Source of the DNA: an uncultured Candidatus Saccharibacteria bacterium
GTDB lineage: Bacteria; Patescibacteriota; Minisyncoccia; UBA6257; 2-01-FULL-56-20
Assembly: GCA_964483915.1 (NCBI GenBank)
Contig: CAZADL010000002.1
Span: forward strand, 1 to 51,522
DNA length: 51,522 bases
Reading direction: 5' to 3'
In this document: piece after piece, positions 7,165 to 15,371 of the stretch
Position numbering within the stretch: the first letter of the stretch is position 1
Layout of the letters: each line of letters starts with the position of its first letter
The notes under the pieces: model-generated
Told to the model about the DNA's origin: nothing
What the model saw: the letters and a program-made list of their open reading frames with translations, nothing else
The model's database searches: none
Program-made: the position numbers and the translations under genes

Positions 7165-9717
7165 ATGGAAATAATGCTGGATGTCAAAAAACTCATCACA
7201 GGCTTTCTTATTTTGACGCTCGGCGCGAGCACGGCGGCGTGGATATTGTCCGGAACAAATAATCAACCGCGTGCGGTTTCAGAGGCGGAAAATCCGGCGG
7301 TAACACAGCCCCTCAATAACGCTTTTATAAATACCACGAGCACCGTCCCGCAGGACGTTGCGAATCTTCTTGCCGGAGCATTGCCGCCCGCGACAGAGGC
7401 GGCGCTCAACGATTCGAACAATCTCACGGCGGCAATGGGCAATTCTCTGCTTGACGGGCTGGTTTCCGCGAACCCCGACGGCATCCCAACCGACGCAAGC
7501 GGCAACGGGCAAATCAACCAGCCGGACGCCGGGGCGATCCTCGCGGAAATTTCCCAAAGCCCGTCCATTCAAAACCTCCGCGCCCCGAACTGGGAAGCTG
7601 ATGTTGCCGATAACCTGGCGAAGATAAAAATTTCTTCGGCGTCTTCGCGGCAAAGCATGGTTGATTACCTAAACGCGTTCGTCAGTATAAACAACAAATA
7701 TTTCGTTCAATCGGGCCTTCAGCAGATCGCGGACGAAGCATCAACGACAGATCCGTCTAGCCTCACCGTGGATCCCTCGGTCATGGCGAGCGCTGAAGTT
7801 TCCGTCACCCATGCGCTCGCCGACACGACACAGCTTGCGGTTCCCGCGCCCTTCGTGCCGTTTCAAAAGGCATGGATCCGTCTTTTGACCTACGAAAAAA
7901 ATACGGCGGATCTTTTTAACACAACGCCGACGGATCCGGCGCGAACCGCGGTTGCTCTTTCCCTTGAAAAAAACAACTACAATGGCGCACTGGCCGACCT
8001 TAGCACAACGTTTCAGAAAACACTGCGGGAAGAAAAAATTTCTATAAAGACGAACGAATCAGGGCAGGGTTCCATAACCGCATTCATAGGCGACTTATTC
8101 TTTGTCAAAACCGCCGACGCCGCCGTGGGCGTGAGCGTCCCCGTATATGACCCCCTCGTTGAAGCCGCGATTCACGGGAATACGGCCTCTATTCATGCCG
8201 TTGGTTGGGGAACGTTTTTCAAAAACCTTGCACTGGATATGGTGCTCCAGATTCTCAAAAACACGCTCATGGCCCAACTGCAAAATCACGTGCTCAAGTG
8301 GATCCAAAACAGCGGCGCTCCGCGGTTCGTCCAAAACTGGATGGACGACTTCGCGAACGCCGGCATCATGGCGGCGACGAACGCCATTGATAAAAATTTT
8401 GAATGTGTCTCAAGTGTCGTATTCCCGCAAATTCAAATCATCATGAACGCGATCTACAAGCCCGGAAACAGTGCTTGCGCGGCGCAATTCTCAAGTTTGC
8501 TTTCAGGCCATGATCTCCAAAATTTTTATGATAATTTCGCGAACGGAGGTTTTGTGACGTTCGGCCAAACTCTCTTGCCAAGCAATGACTTTTACGGGGG
8601 TCTTTTCTTCACGGCGCAGGTAGCCGGACAGGCGGCGTACCAAAGCCAAAACGTTTTGGGCGTCAAGATGACGGCCCAGCAGGGATTCAAAGGAACGGAG
8701 GTGTGTCCGCAGGGCGACGGCGACCCGAACGGATTCCATCTCACCTGCCCTGACGGCGCGCCGCCAAACACAACCTATAGCTGTCCAGGTGGTTATACGC
8801 TTAATAATTCCGACAATATTTGTAATAGTCCCACTGGCGACATAGCGGCAATACCGAACGATACCTGCAGCGGAGGTCTGCTTCCAACTAATGAAGCAAA
8901 CAACGGCTTCTGTAATGATGGGGCATCTCCTAAAACCACTACTCCTGGCCAGCTTACCGGCATGATGCTCAACCAATCGCTCGGCACGGCGCCGAAGCTT
9001 ATCGCCGGAGCCACAACCATTGACGGACTTATAAACGCTTTCACTATTTCCCTTATTGAATCCATTGCTTCCCAACTCGTAACCTCCGTTTCGGGCGCTA
9101 TAAATAATTCCATAAACAACCTTTCAAGCGGCGGCCTGACCGGCATTAACCCCGGAAGCATCGTCGCCTCAACCAGCACGGCTTCGGCCTTGAGTTGTTC
9201 TCCTCTCACGACAATTGCTTCGCCGGGAGACCTTGTTGAGTTTACCGCCGGTGGCGGCACCTACGATACCGTGAACGGAAACTTGCCGGACTATGCCTGG
9301 TCATCGTCCGACGGGCAGACCGGAACGGGGCCTGTGTTTGACGTAACCTATGCCGCCACCGGAACCTATTCGGTCGCGCTCGGCGACTTACAGGGAGACG
9401 CGCCGGCGGTATGTGTCGCGCAAATCGGCGGAGGAGAAGGTTCGCAGAGCAGTGGCGTGGCATGTTCGCCAGCCACCCAGACCGTGACCTTCGGTACCAG
9501 CCATACGGTAACGCTCACCGCCACGGGCGGAGCGATCACCACGAGCGGCGGGAATCCGACCTACACGTGGTCAGCACCCGGTTCCACGGCGGCGAGCGGC
9601 GGGTTACATCCGGGCGATTCTTTCCAAGTAACATACAATGCCACGGGAACATATAACATATCTGTCGTCGCCTCGACGGACAACAGCAGCTCAACCTGCA
9701 CGGTCATTCTCCAATAA
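7165..9717 (+). CDS. Large secreted surface protein of the T4SS-like locus (N-terminal anchor, Cys-rich module, two C-terminal PKD/Ig-like repeats)
   Basis: 850 aa with an N-terminal TM/signal (ITGFLILTLGASTAAWIL) and a Cys-rich stretch (CPQGDG..CPDG..CPGG..CNSP..CSGG..CNDG, about 8701-8930). An internal duplication is present (...YAWSSSDGQTGTGPVFDVTYAATGTYSVAL versus ...YTWSAPGSTA..FQVTYNATGTYNISVV). The true start may be ATG 7174. Confidence 0.75.
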   Translation: MEIMLDVKKLITGFLILTLGASTAAWILSGTNNQPRAVSEAENPAVTQPLNNAFINTTSTVPQDVANLLAGALPPATEAALNDSNNLTAAMGNSLLDGLVSANPDGIPTDASGNGQINQPDAGAILAEISQSPSIQNLRAPNWEADVADNLAKIKISSASSRQSMVDYLNAFVSINNKYFVQSGLQQIADEASTTDPSSLTVDPSVMASAEVSVTHALADTTQLAVPAPFVPFQKAWIRLLTYEKNTADLFNTTPTDPARTAVALSLEKNNYNGALADLSTTFQKTLREEKISIKTNESGQGSITAFIGDLFFVKTADAAVGVSVPVYDPLVEAAIHGNTASIHAVGWGTFFKNLALDMVLQILKNTLMAQLQNHVLKWIQNSGAPRFVQNWMDDFANAGIMAATNAIDKNFECVSSVVFPQIQIIMNAIYKPGNSACAAQFSSLLSGHDLQNFYDNFANGGFVTFGQTLLPSNDFYGGLFFTAQVAGQAAYQSQNVLGVKMTAQQGFKGTEVCPQGDGDPNGFHLTCPDGAPPNTTYSCPGGYTLNNSDNICNSPTGDIAAIPNDTCSGGLLPTNEANNGFCNDGASPKTTTPGQLTGMMLNQSLGTAPKLIAGATTIDGLINAFTISLIESIASQLVTSVSGAINNSINNLSSGGLTGINPGSIVASTSTASALSCSPLTTIASPGDLVEFTAGGGTYDTVNGNLPDYAWSSSDGQTGTGPVFDVTYAATGTYSVALGDLQGDAPAVCVAQIGGGEGSQSSGVACSPATQTVTFGTSHTVTLTATGGAITTSGGNPTYTWSAPGSTAASGGLHPGDSFQVTYNATGTYNISVVASTDNSSSTCTVILQ

Positions 9718-9729
9718 CGCGCCCAAGCC

Positions 9730-12378
9730 ATGAAAAAAATATCTTATAAAAAAATCTTTGCGGTCGCGGCGATTGTTTCGGTGTTTCTGCCGATTGCAGC
9801 TTTTGCACAGAACTCACCTTCGCCACCAACGGCACCAACACCACCAATAGTATCGCTGCCACTGCCACCAGCAACGGGGGCGCCAATAACGCCAACGACA
9901 GTAACACCACCACCAACTTCATCGCAATCGGCCGCGACCCCAAACAATCCTAACAATTCCCTCGATTGTAAGGGCAGCCTCGCAACGTGTGCGGTATATT
10001 TTGTAGCATATTTTATTAACAAGCTGCTCGGGGTTTTTGTTGGGCTTGGTGCATCAATAACCGTCGGCGTTCTTGGACTCAACCTTACACAACTTCAGTC
10101 TTCTCCGTTAATCCTTGCGGGGTTTTCCATTAGTTTGTCGCTCGCAAACTTAGGTTTTATTCTCCTCATAATCATTATTGCAATTGCAACAATCCTAAGG
10201 GTTCAGAATTATAACATAAAAAAACTCCTTTGGAAATTGGTGGCTATGGCGATACTGATTAACTTTGGGCTTGTCATTGCGATGCCCATAATAAGTTTTT
10301 CCGACGGCTTGTCATTATATTTTGTCAACTCTATAGGAAAGGGAGGTGATTTGTCTACCCAGCTCACCACTGCGTTCAGTCCGGAAAAATTTACCTCTTC
10401 CGCCATTACGAACGGCATTCCAGTTGATGACTCCAAATGGAGCACTGCCAACTATGTGGCGACGGGCGTAGTTGGAGTGGCGTGGGCGGGGTGGGGATAT
10501 GCCGGGGGAGCGGCTGTTTGCGCGGCGGGTGGTGTCACTATCATCGCGGCCCCTGCTTGCGGGTTTATCGGTGCCGCCATTGGAGGAGTCTTAGGAGCTT
10601 ACGTCGGTCATGGTGCCGGGAGCCTCTACGACTTAATAAAAAATGGTAATTTCAATGATGCGTTTGTCTCCATGATTATCGGACAGGTAACTGCTGCGGC
10701 TATCCTAGCTATTATCGCGCTCACCATGATAGCTTTCGGGGTAATGCTTTTGGTCCGCTATGTTTATCTCACCATTCTTCTTGTCGTCTTACCCCTTGCG
10801 TGGCTCTGTTGGGCGTTCCCTGGTCTCGGTGGTCATTTTCAAAAATGGTGGCGTCTTTTTCTGCGTTGGACATTTTTCCCTGTTATAGCGCTCTTCTTCG
10901 TCTACTTGGCGCTTTTGGTGGTAATGGGCCAACAAGCTATAGTGCCCAAAGACACCTCAATAAGCCTCTCCGCCCAAACACTAAATAATATCGCCCTTGC
11001 CGCCATGATGCTCGGTGGCCTTTATGCCGCAAACGCGCTCGGCATCGCCGGCGCGGATATCGCGATGGGATATGCGAAGGCAGGAGGTAAGTGGGTCGGT
11101 GCCTATGCCGGAAAACAAGGAAAGAAAACTGCCCGGTTGGGCTATCAGAAGATGGGGGGCGAAAGGTTTAATAAAGTATTACAGGAGGGGAACATTCTTG
11201 GCGTGCCAATACGAAAAATTCCGCTTCTCGGCAGAGGGGCGTCCCTTCTTGGTCGCGGCATTGCGAGCGTATCAACCAACGAAAAATTAGTGGATGATGC
11301 AAAGAAAAATGTTCCCAAAGACCCAAAGCAAACCAAACAACGTCTGGCCGGGTCTATGAACAAACAAGATCAGTTTGCCCATATCGCCGCACTGGTTGCG
11401 TCGGGCGATCTAACGGGAGACGAGATGATAAATGGACAAAATATAAAGGACTTCATGGATTCTAATGAAAACACCGTCAGGCGCTACGGCCAGGGCAAAC
11501 TTTCAAAAGACGTCGACAAAGCGCTCTTTAGTAATAAAGAAATGCGTGATGCGGCGAAGGTGGGCAACCAAGAGAAGCTGGGCGAGGCTGGAAAGAAGTT
11601 CCGCGCTAATTTTTCCAGGGGCGACGCTTCAAAATCGGTTAATGTTGATACTGTCTTTGCTGATCCAAATAGTCTCTTGGCGCAATCCCAGTGGCGCGGA
11701 GTTGAGTTGGAACGCCCGGATTTGATGTCGACCATTTTTGCCAAGGCGAAGGGCACAACAATGGAAAACATCAGCAAAATGCACGAGGGCGTTAAGCTGG
11801 AATCAGAAACGGCGGCGAAAACAGAAGAGGCCAAGCTTAAAGCGCAAAAAGAATCGATTATTCAAAACGAGGAATCAAAGATGACCAACGAACATAATAA
11901 CGCAACAGAGGCGATCAGAAATAAAAATTCTGACAAAGACAATGAGAGTAACCAGTTGCTTTCGAAAATCGCCCATGAAATAGAGGGACTAAAGAAAGAG
12001 CATGATATAACCAACAAGGAGATTGGGCCGGACGGTCTTCCTACTATCGGAAGTACAAGAAAACTTGAGGCAATCGGGGAACGACAGATTGGGTTGGAAA
12101 AACAGCGTGCCGAAATACAATCTTCAATAGACCAAAGAAGGGACTCACTTGATAAGGCCGCAGCCGACGGACTGAGGGGGATAAAAGAAAAAATAACCAT
12201 TATGCGCGATAAACTATATGGCGACGCCGCTCGCGAAGCCAGAATTAATGTGGGGGTCGACCACTATGACAGGACTTTGGCCAATAGCATTCTTAATTAT
12301 GTCCCTGGTCCAACAAGCCCCGAGGCGGCTCCTTCGACACCACCGCCGCCGCCAAGCCCAGGCGGAGGAAATAAATAA
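9730..12378 (+). CDS. Polytopic membrane protein, VirB6/TrbL-like, with long cytoplasmic coiled-coil tail
   Basis: 882 aa. It has a signal peptide plus Pro-rich linker, many TM helices across about 10000-11060, then a K/E/Q-rich coiled-coil and a PPPPPSPGGG end. The VirB6 assignment rests on topology and context only. Confidence 0.6.
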   Translation: MKKISYKKIFAVAAIVSVFLPIAAFAQNSPSPPTAPTPPIVSLPLPPATGAPITPTTVTPPPTSSQSAATPNNPNNSLDCKGSLATCAVYFVAYFINKLLGVFVGLGASITVGVLGLNLTQLQSSPLILAGFSISLSLANLGFILLIIIIAIATILRVQNYNIKKLLWKLVAMAILINFGLVIAMPIISFSDGLSLYFVNSIGKGGDLSTQLTTAFSPEKFTSSAITNGIPVDDSKWSTANYVATGVVGVAWAGWGYAGGAAVCAAGGVTIIAAPACGFIGAAIGGVLGAYVGHGAGSLYDLIKNGNFNDAFVSMIIGQVTAAAILAIIALTMIAFGVMLLVRYVYLTILLVVLPLAWLCWAFPGLGGHFQKWWRLFLRWTFFPVIALFFVYLALLVVMGQQAIVPKDTSISLSAQTLNNIALAAMMLGGLYAANALGIAGADIAMGYAKAGGKWVGAYAGKQGKKTARLGYQKMGGERFNKVLQEGNILGVPIRKIPLLGRGASLLGRGIASVSTNEKLVDDAKKNVPKDPKQTKQRLAGSMNKQDQFAHIAALVASGDLTGDEMINGQNIKDFMDSNENTVRRYGQGKLSKDVDKALFSNKEMRDAAKVGNQEKLGEAGKKFRANFSRGDASKSVNVDTVFADPNSLLAQSQWRGVELERPDLMSTIFAKAKGTTMENISKMHEGVKLESETAAKTEEAKLKAQKESIIQNEESKMTNEHNNATEAIRNKNSDKDNESNQLLSKIAHEIEGLKKEHDITNKEIGPDGLPTIGSTRKLEAIGERQIGLEKQRAEIQSSIDQRRDSLDKAAADGLRGIKEKITIMRDKLYGDAAREARINVGVDHYDRTLANSILNYVPGPTSPEAAPSTPPPPPSPGGGNK

Positions 12379-13419
12379 TTGTTACCCATGGTTACGATAA
12401 CCAAAAATCGAGCATTGGAACGTTGGGATTCTCTTCCTCCTGTTTTAAGAGAAGCCCTCTGTTCCGACATTAATTCTGACTTTGTCTGGAAAACCTGTGA
12501 GGCGGAGTTCGTGCCGGATGAAAAAATATATTCGGTTGCCCGGCTTGTGGGCTATGTCCTCATGGGATTTCTTCATCCCGAGGACATGGCTTCGGAAATC
12601 AGAAGTACTATTGGCGTTGACTTACGGATTGCGACACCCATCGCGAACGCCATCAATCAACGAATATTCGTCCCGATTCGAGGAGATATAGATAAAATCT
12701 ATGGGCCGGCCGCGGCGATAGCGCCGAAAATTATTGAGGAAATTCGGCCAGCCGCAAAAATATCCCCGCCTGTTCCTGCGCCGTTTCCTATTGTTCCTTC
12801 TGGAGCTCCACGGCCATCGGCAATTCCGCCGCCGCCAAAAAAAGAGCCAACGAGAATTGTTTCCGAAAAACCACCTTCGCTTGATGAATTTGCAAACCTT
12901 AAAAAACCTGTCCCGCCCTCATCGCCGGCGCCATCCCTCAAACCGATCGTCCTCCAGACCGAATCGGTTTCTCGGCCCATACCGAATGCCCCGAATTTCA
13001 AGATACCAACGATTGCAGAAAATGTTATGGGCGGAGAGAAGGCGACCGTACCACTGCCCACCGCACCGGCTGTCATTGAAATCGGCGGTGTGCCAACTCC
13101 GAAAGCCGCTCCCGCGCCGAAATTTTCTGTCTCTCCTCCTAAATCAACGGGCGCTACTCCAATAATGCCGCCGACACCGGAACCCATGAGAACCATAACA
13201 GAAATAACGCCGGACACGCTAAAAAGAGCGGTTCCTACGCCAAAGGCGCCACCACCGCCACCGCCATTTGCGCCGCTTTCACAAATTCCTGTTCCCTCGT
13301 CGAGTGTGCCGAAACCTCCTGCTCCAAGCGTACCTCCACCGCCAAAACCGTCCGTTCCGCCAGGGCCAATACCGAAGCCAGGAGACCAAAGCGGAGGAAT
13401 CGTCCAGAAAAATTATTGA
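12379..13419 (+). CDS. Hypothetical protein: globular N-domain plus ~230 aa proline-rich tail
   Basis: The ORF abuts the previous stop codon (TTG 12379 or ATG 12388). About 40% of the C-terminal two thirds is Pro/Ala/Ser/Lys (PPPPKKEP..., PPAPSVPPPPKPSVPPGP). Confidence 0.55.
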   Translation: MLPMVTITKNRALERWDSLPPVLREALCSDINSDFVWKTCEAEFVPDEKIYSVARLVGYVLMGFLHPEDMASEIRSTIGVDLRIATPIANAINQRIFVPIRGDIDKIYGPAAAIAPKIIEEIRPAAKISPPVPAPFPIVPSGAPRPSAIPPPPKKEPTRIVSEKPPSLDEFANLKKPVPPSSPAPSLKPIVLQTESVSRPIPNAPNFKIPTIAENVMGGEKATVPLPTAPAVIEIGGVPTPKAAPAPKFSVSPPKSTGATPIMPPTPEPMRTITEITPDTLKRAVPTPKAPPPPPPFAPLSQIPVPSSSVPKPPAPSVPPPPKPSVPPGPIPKPGDQSGGIVQKNY

Positions 13420-13481
13420 GAAAGAGAGAATCCCACGAAGGTCGCCCTCGATCCAGTCGAGGGTCCGTGCTCCTTCCAATC

Positions 13482-13769
13482 TTAAAAATCGTCTGATAAA
13501 TCTTTCCACTCTGGATTTTCGGTTTTAATAAGACGAATTTTCCATGCCCGATTCCAGTGTTTGAGTTGTTTCTCTCGTCGTATTGCGTCTAATGGATTTG
13601 AATAAAATTCGTAATACACAAGACGGCAGAGGTGATATTTTTTTGTAAAACCATCTATGGCCTCGCGTTTATGTTCTTCCGCCCTACGAACCAGATTGTT
13701 CGTAATCCCGATATATAATAATCCTCCCGGATGGTCGGCGAGTATATAAACGTAATATGACTTATTCAT
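13482..13769 (-). CDS. GIY-YIG nuclease family protein (95 aa, stand-alone)
   Basis: It has YYVYILADHPGGLLYIGITNNLVRRAEEHK and ..REKQLKHW.., the classic GIY-YIG motifs. It is the only minus-strand gene inside the plus-strand T4SS-like block. Confidence 0.85.
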   Translation of the reverse strand: MNKSYYVYILADHPGGLLYIGITNNLVRRAEEHKREAIDGFTKKYHLCRLVYYEFYSNPLDAIRREKQLKHWNRAWKIRLIKTENPEWKDLSDDF

Positions 13770-13810
13770 TTTTCTTATTCTCGGAAAGAAATATTAAAAT
13801 ATTCTTAAAG

Positions 13811-14000
13811 CACGGATGGTCCGTCTCCACGGACCATGACAAGGGATATCTGAATTCCGGCTTTGGTTCGACTACGCTCACCATAAGTCGCTGGAATGAC
13901 AGAGAGAAAATATGGATTTCGGCGTTCGCCGGAATGACAGAGGGGAAACATGGATTCCAGCTTTGGTTCGACTACGCTCACCACAAGTCGCTGGAATGAC
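13811..14000. repeat. Repeat cluster: 9-bp-stem hairpin plus two ~49-bp direct repeats 100 bp apart
   Basis: A hairpin atggtccgt-ctcc-acggaccat lies at 13815-13837. The sequence gaattccggctttggttcgactacgctcaccataagtcgctggaatgac (13852-13900) repeats at 13952-14000 with 3 mismatches. The motif cgttcgccggaatgacag is also found at 21085. Confidence 0.65.
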
Positions 14001-14007
14001 TGATTCT

Positions 14008-14016
14008 TGATATAAT
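14008..14016 (+). promoter_or_regulatory. Extended -10 promoter (TGaTATAAT), 6 nt upstream of ATG 14023
   Basis: TGATATAAT is followed by aaaaat and then ATG. No Shine-Dalgarno is possible, so this is the leaderless geometry. Confidence 0.45.
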
Positions 14017-14022
14017 AAAAAT

Positions 14023-14505
14023 ATGCAATTCCAAGTTCCTCAATTCATTGAAACAGAGGATAAGGTCGTGGGACCGTTCACACTCCGGCAGTTTATGTAT
14101 GTCGCTGGGGCGGGCGTTCTCAGCGCTGTTCTCTATTTTACCGTTGCGACGTGGATCTGGTTTATCCTTACTGTCGTCATCCTTGGCGGAGCGATTGGCG
14201 TCGCTTTTGTCAAAATTGAAGGTCGGCCGCTCGGCAACGTGATCCTTTCGGCGCTCGGTTTCTATTGGAAGCCGCAAACATACATTTGGAAATCAAAAGA
14301 GGAACTTACCGCGACAGCACAAAGCCAAGAAGGTGGCGGTCTCTCGCTGGAAAAAATTATTACCGGTACGTTGCTCCATAAACGCTGGGAAGGCCTTCAG
14401 GGCGGACAAAAGATGCCCGTTGAAAACAAAATGAACTCGCGATATCAAATCTTTCGGAGGATCAGCGGGGCACGCGACGCCGCAAAGAGGGTGGACTATA
14501 GGTGA
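14023..14505 (+). CDS. PrgI family (VirB3-like) small T4SS membrane protein
   Basis: The N-terminus (QVPQFIETEDKVVGPFTLRQFMYVAGAGVLSAVLYF) is followed by two TM helices, matching the PrgI-family pattern. It sits directly upstream of VirB4. Confidence 0.7.
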   Translation: MQFQVPQFIETEDKVVGPFTLRQFMYVAGAGVLSAVLYFTVATWIWFILTVVILGGAIGVAFVKIEGRPLGNVILSALGFYWKPQTYIWKSKEELTATAQSQEGGGLSLEKIITGTLLHKRWEGLQGGQKMPVENKMNSRYQIFRRISGARDAAKRVDYR

Positions 14506-14636
14506 AAAGAGTCGCCCTCGATCAAGTCGAGGATCCATACTTTAAATGCGGGTGCCAAAAACACGGGTGGTCCGCCGGAGTTTATCCCGAGCGTGCCGAG
14601 GGACCGACCATGACGCTGCTTTCGCCGGAATGATGG
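14506..14636. repeat. Composite hairpin repeats
   Basis: The sequence gtcgccctcgatcaagtcgaggatcc is related to 13439-13468. The sequence ccgccggagtttatcccgagcg has its reverse complement inside tsaD at about 45475. The cluster ends in ttcgccggaatgatgg. Confidence 0.55.
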
Positions 14637-15362
14637 ATGGATTATACTACAACCATGCCTGCCCCTCTCTCGAAACAAAATGCGGGGAACTCGCTTGATC
14701 TTGTTGATATCAAGGAAATCCGCGGCAATGTTGTCGTCGTACAAGACGGCAGTTTGCGGCAGGTTGTGATGGTTGGAGGCGTCAACTTTGCGCTGAAATC
14801 GGACGCGGAACAGACGCTCATCGTCCAGGCATATCAAAACCTTTTGAATAGTATTGGTTTCCCGCTTCAGATCATTATACATTCCCGAAAGGTGAACATT
14901 GATGCCTACCTCGCGTCCTTGTTGCGCCGCAAAGAGACCGAGCCGTCACCGCTCCTCCAAAGCCAGATTGATGAATATGTAAGCTTTGTTCGGGAGTTCG
15001 TGGAGAAGAACTCTATCATGGAAAAAATGTTTCTGGTTGTTGTGCCGTTCTATCCGGAGGGGGGCGCCATCGCGGGAACCGCGAAAGCCGCATCGGGCGT
15101 TTTCTCTTCTGTTTTCCACAAGAAGAAGCCCGCACTCGCTCAAAACGCGGCGCCAAAAACCGACGAGGAGGCGGATCATATTTTCAAAGAAAACGTTCAG
15201 CAGCTTACCCAGCGGGTGGCCCAGGTTATCAATGGCATCATGGGCATCGGTCTTGATGCAAGTGTTCTTGAAAACCAGGAGCTGGTCGAGCTTTTCTATA
15301 ATTTCTATAATCCCCAAACTGTTGAGCGGGGGAACATCGTCGCACAGCAGAAAACACAATAA
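14637..15362 (+). CDS. VirB4/TrbE-like protein, N-terminal domain fragment
   Basis: The pattern DIKEIRGNVVVVQDGSLRQVVMVGGVNFALKSDAEQTLIVQAYQNLLNSIGFPLQIIIHSRKVNIDAYL is typical of the VirB4 N-terminal region of monoderm systems. The ORF ends at TAA 15360-15362, in the same frame as the next ORF. Confidence 0.65.
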   Translation: MDYTTTMPAPLSKQNAGNSLDLVDIKEIRGNVVVVQDGSLRQVVMVGGVNFALKSDAEQTLIVQAYQNLLNSIGFPLQIIIHSRKVNIDAYLASLLRRKETEPSPLLQSQIDEYVSFVREFVEKNSIMEKMFLVVVPFYPEGGAIAGTAKAASGVFSSVFHKKKPALAQNAAPKTDEEADHIFKENVQQLTQRVAQVINGIMGIGLDASVLENQELVELFYNFYNPQTVERGNIVAQQKTQ

Positions 15363-15371
15363 TTTTCATCC

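Noticed and set aside
15360-15362. Stop-codon reassignment or readthrough as the explanation for the in-frame TAA in VirB4, or an alternative genetic code as in some CPR lineages.
   Set aside because: TAA terminates clearly complete genes here, such as rpsG and the 9730-12378 gene. TGA does as well, at rsmA, the VirB4 C-terminal part and pilT. The window behaves as standard code 11. Programmed readthrough cannot be excluded but has no sequence support.
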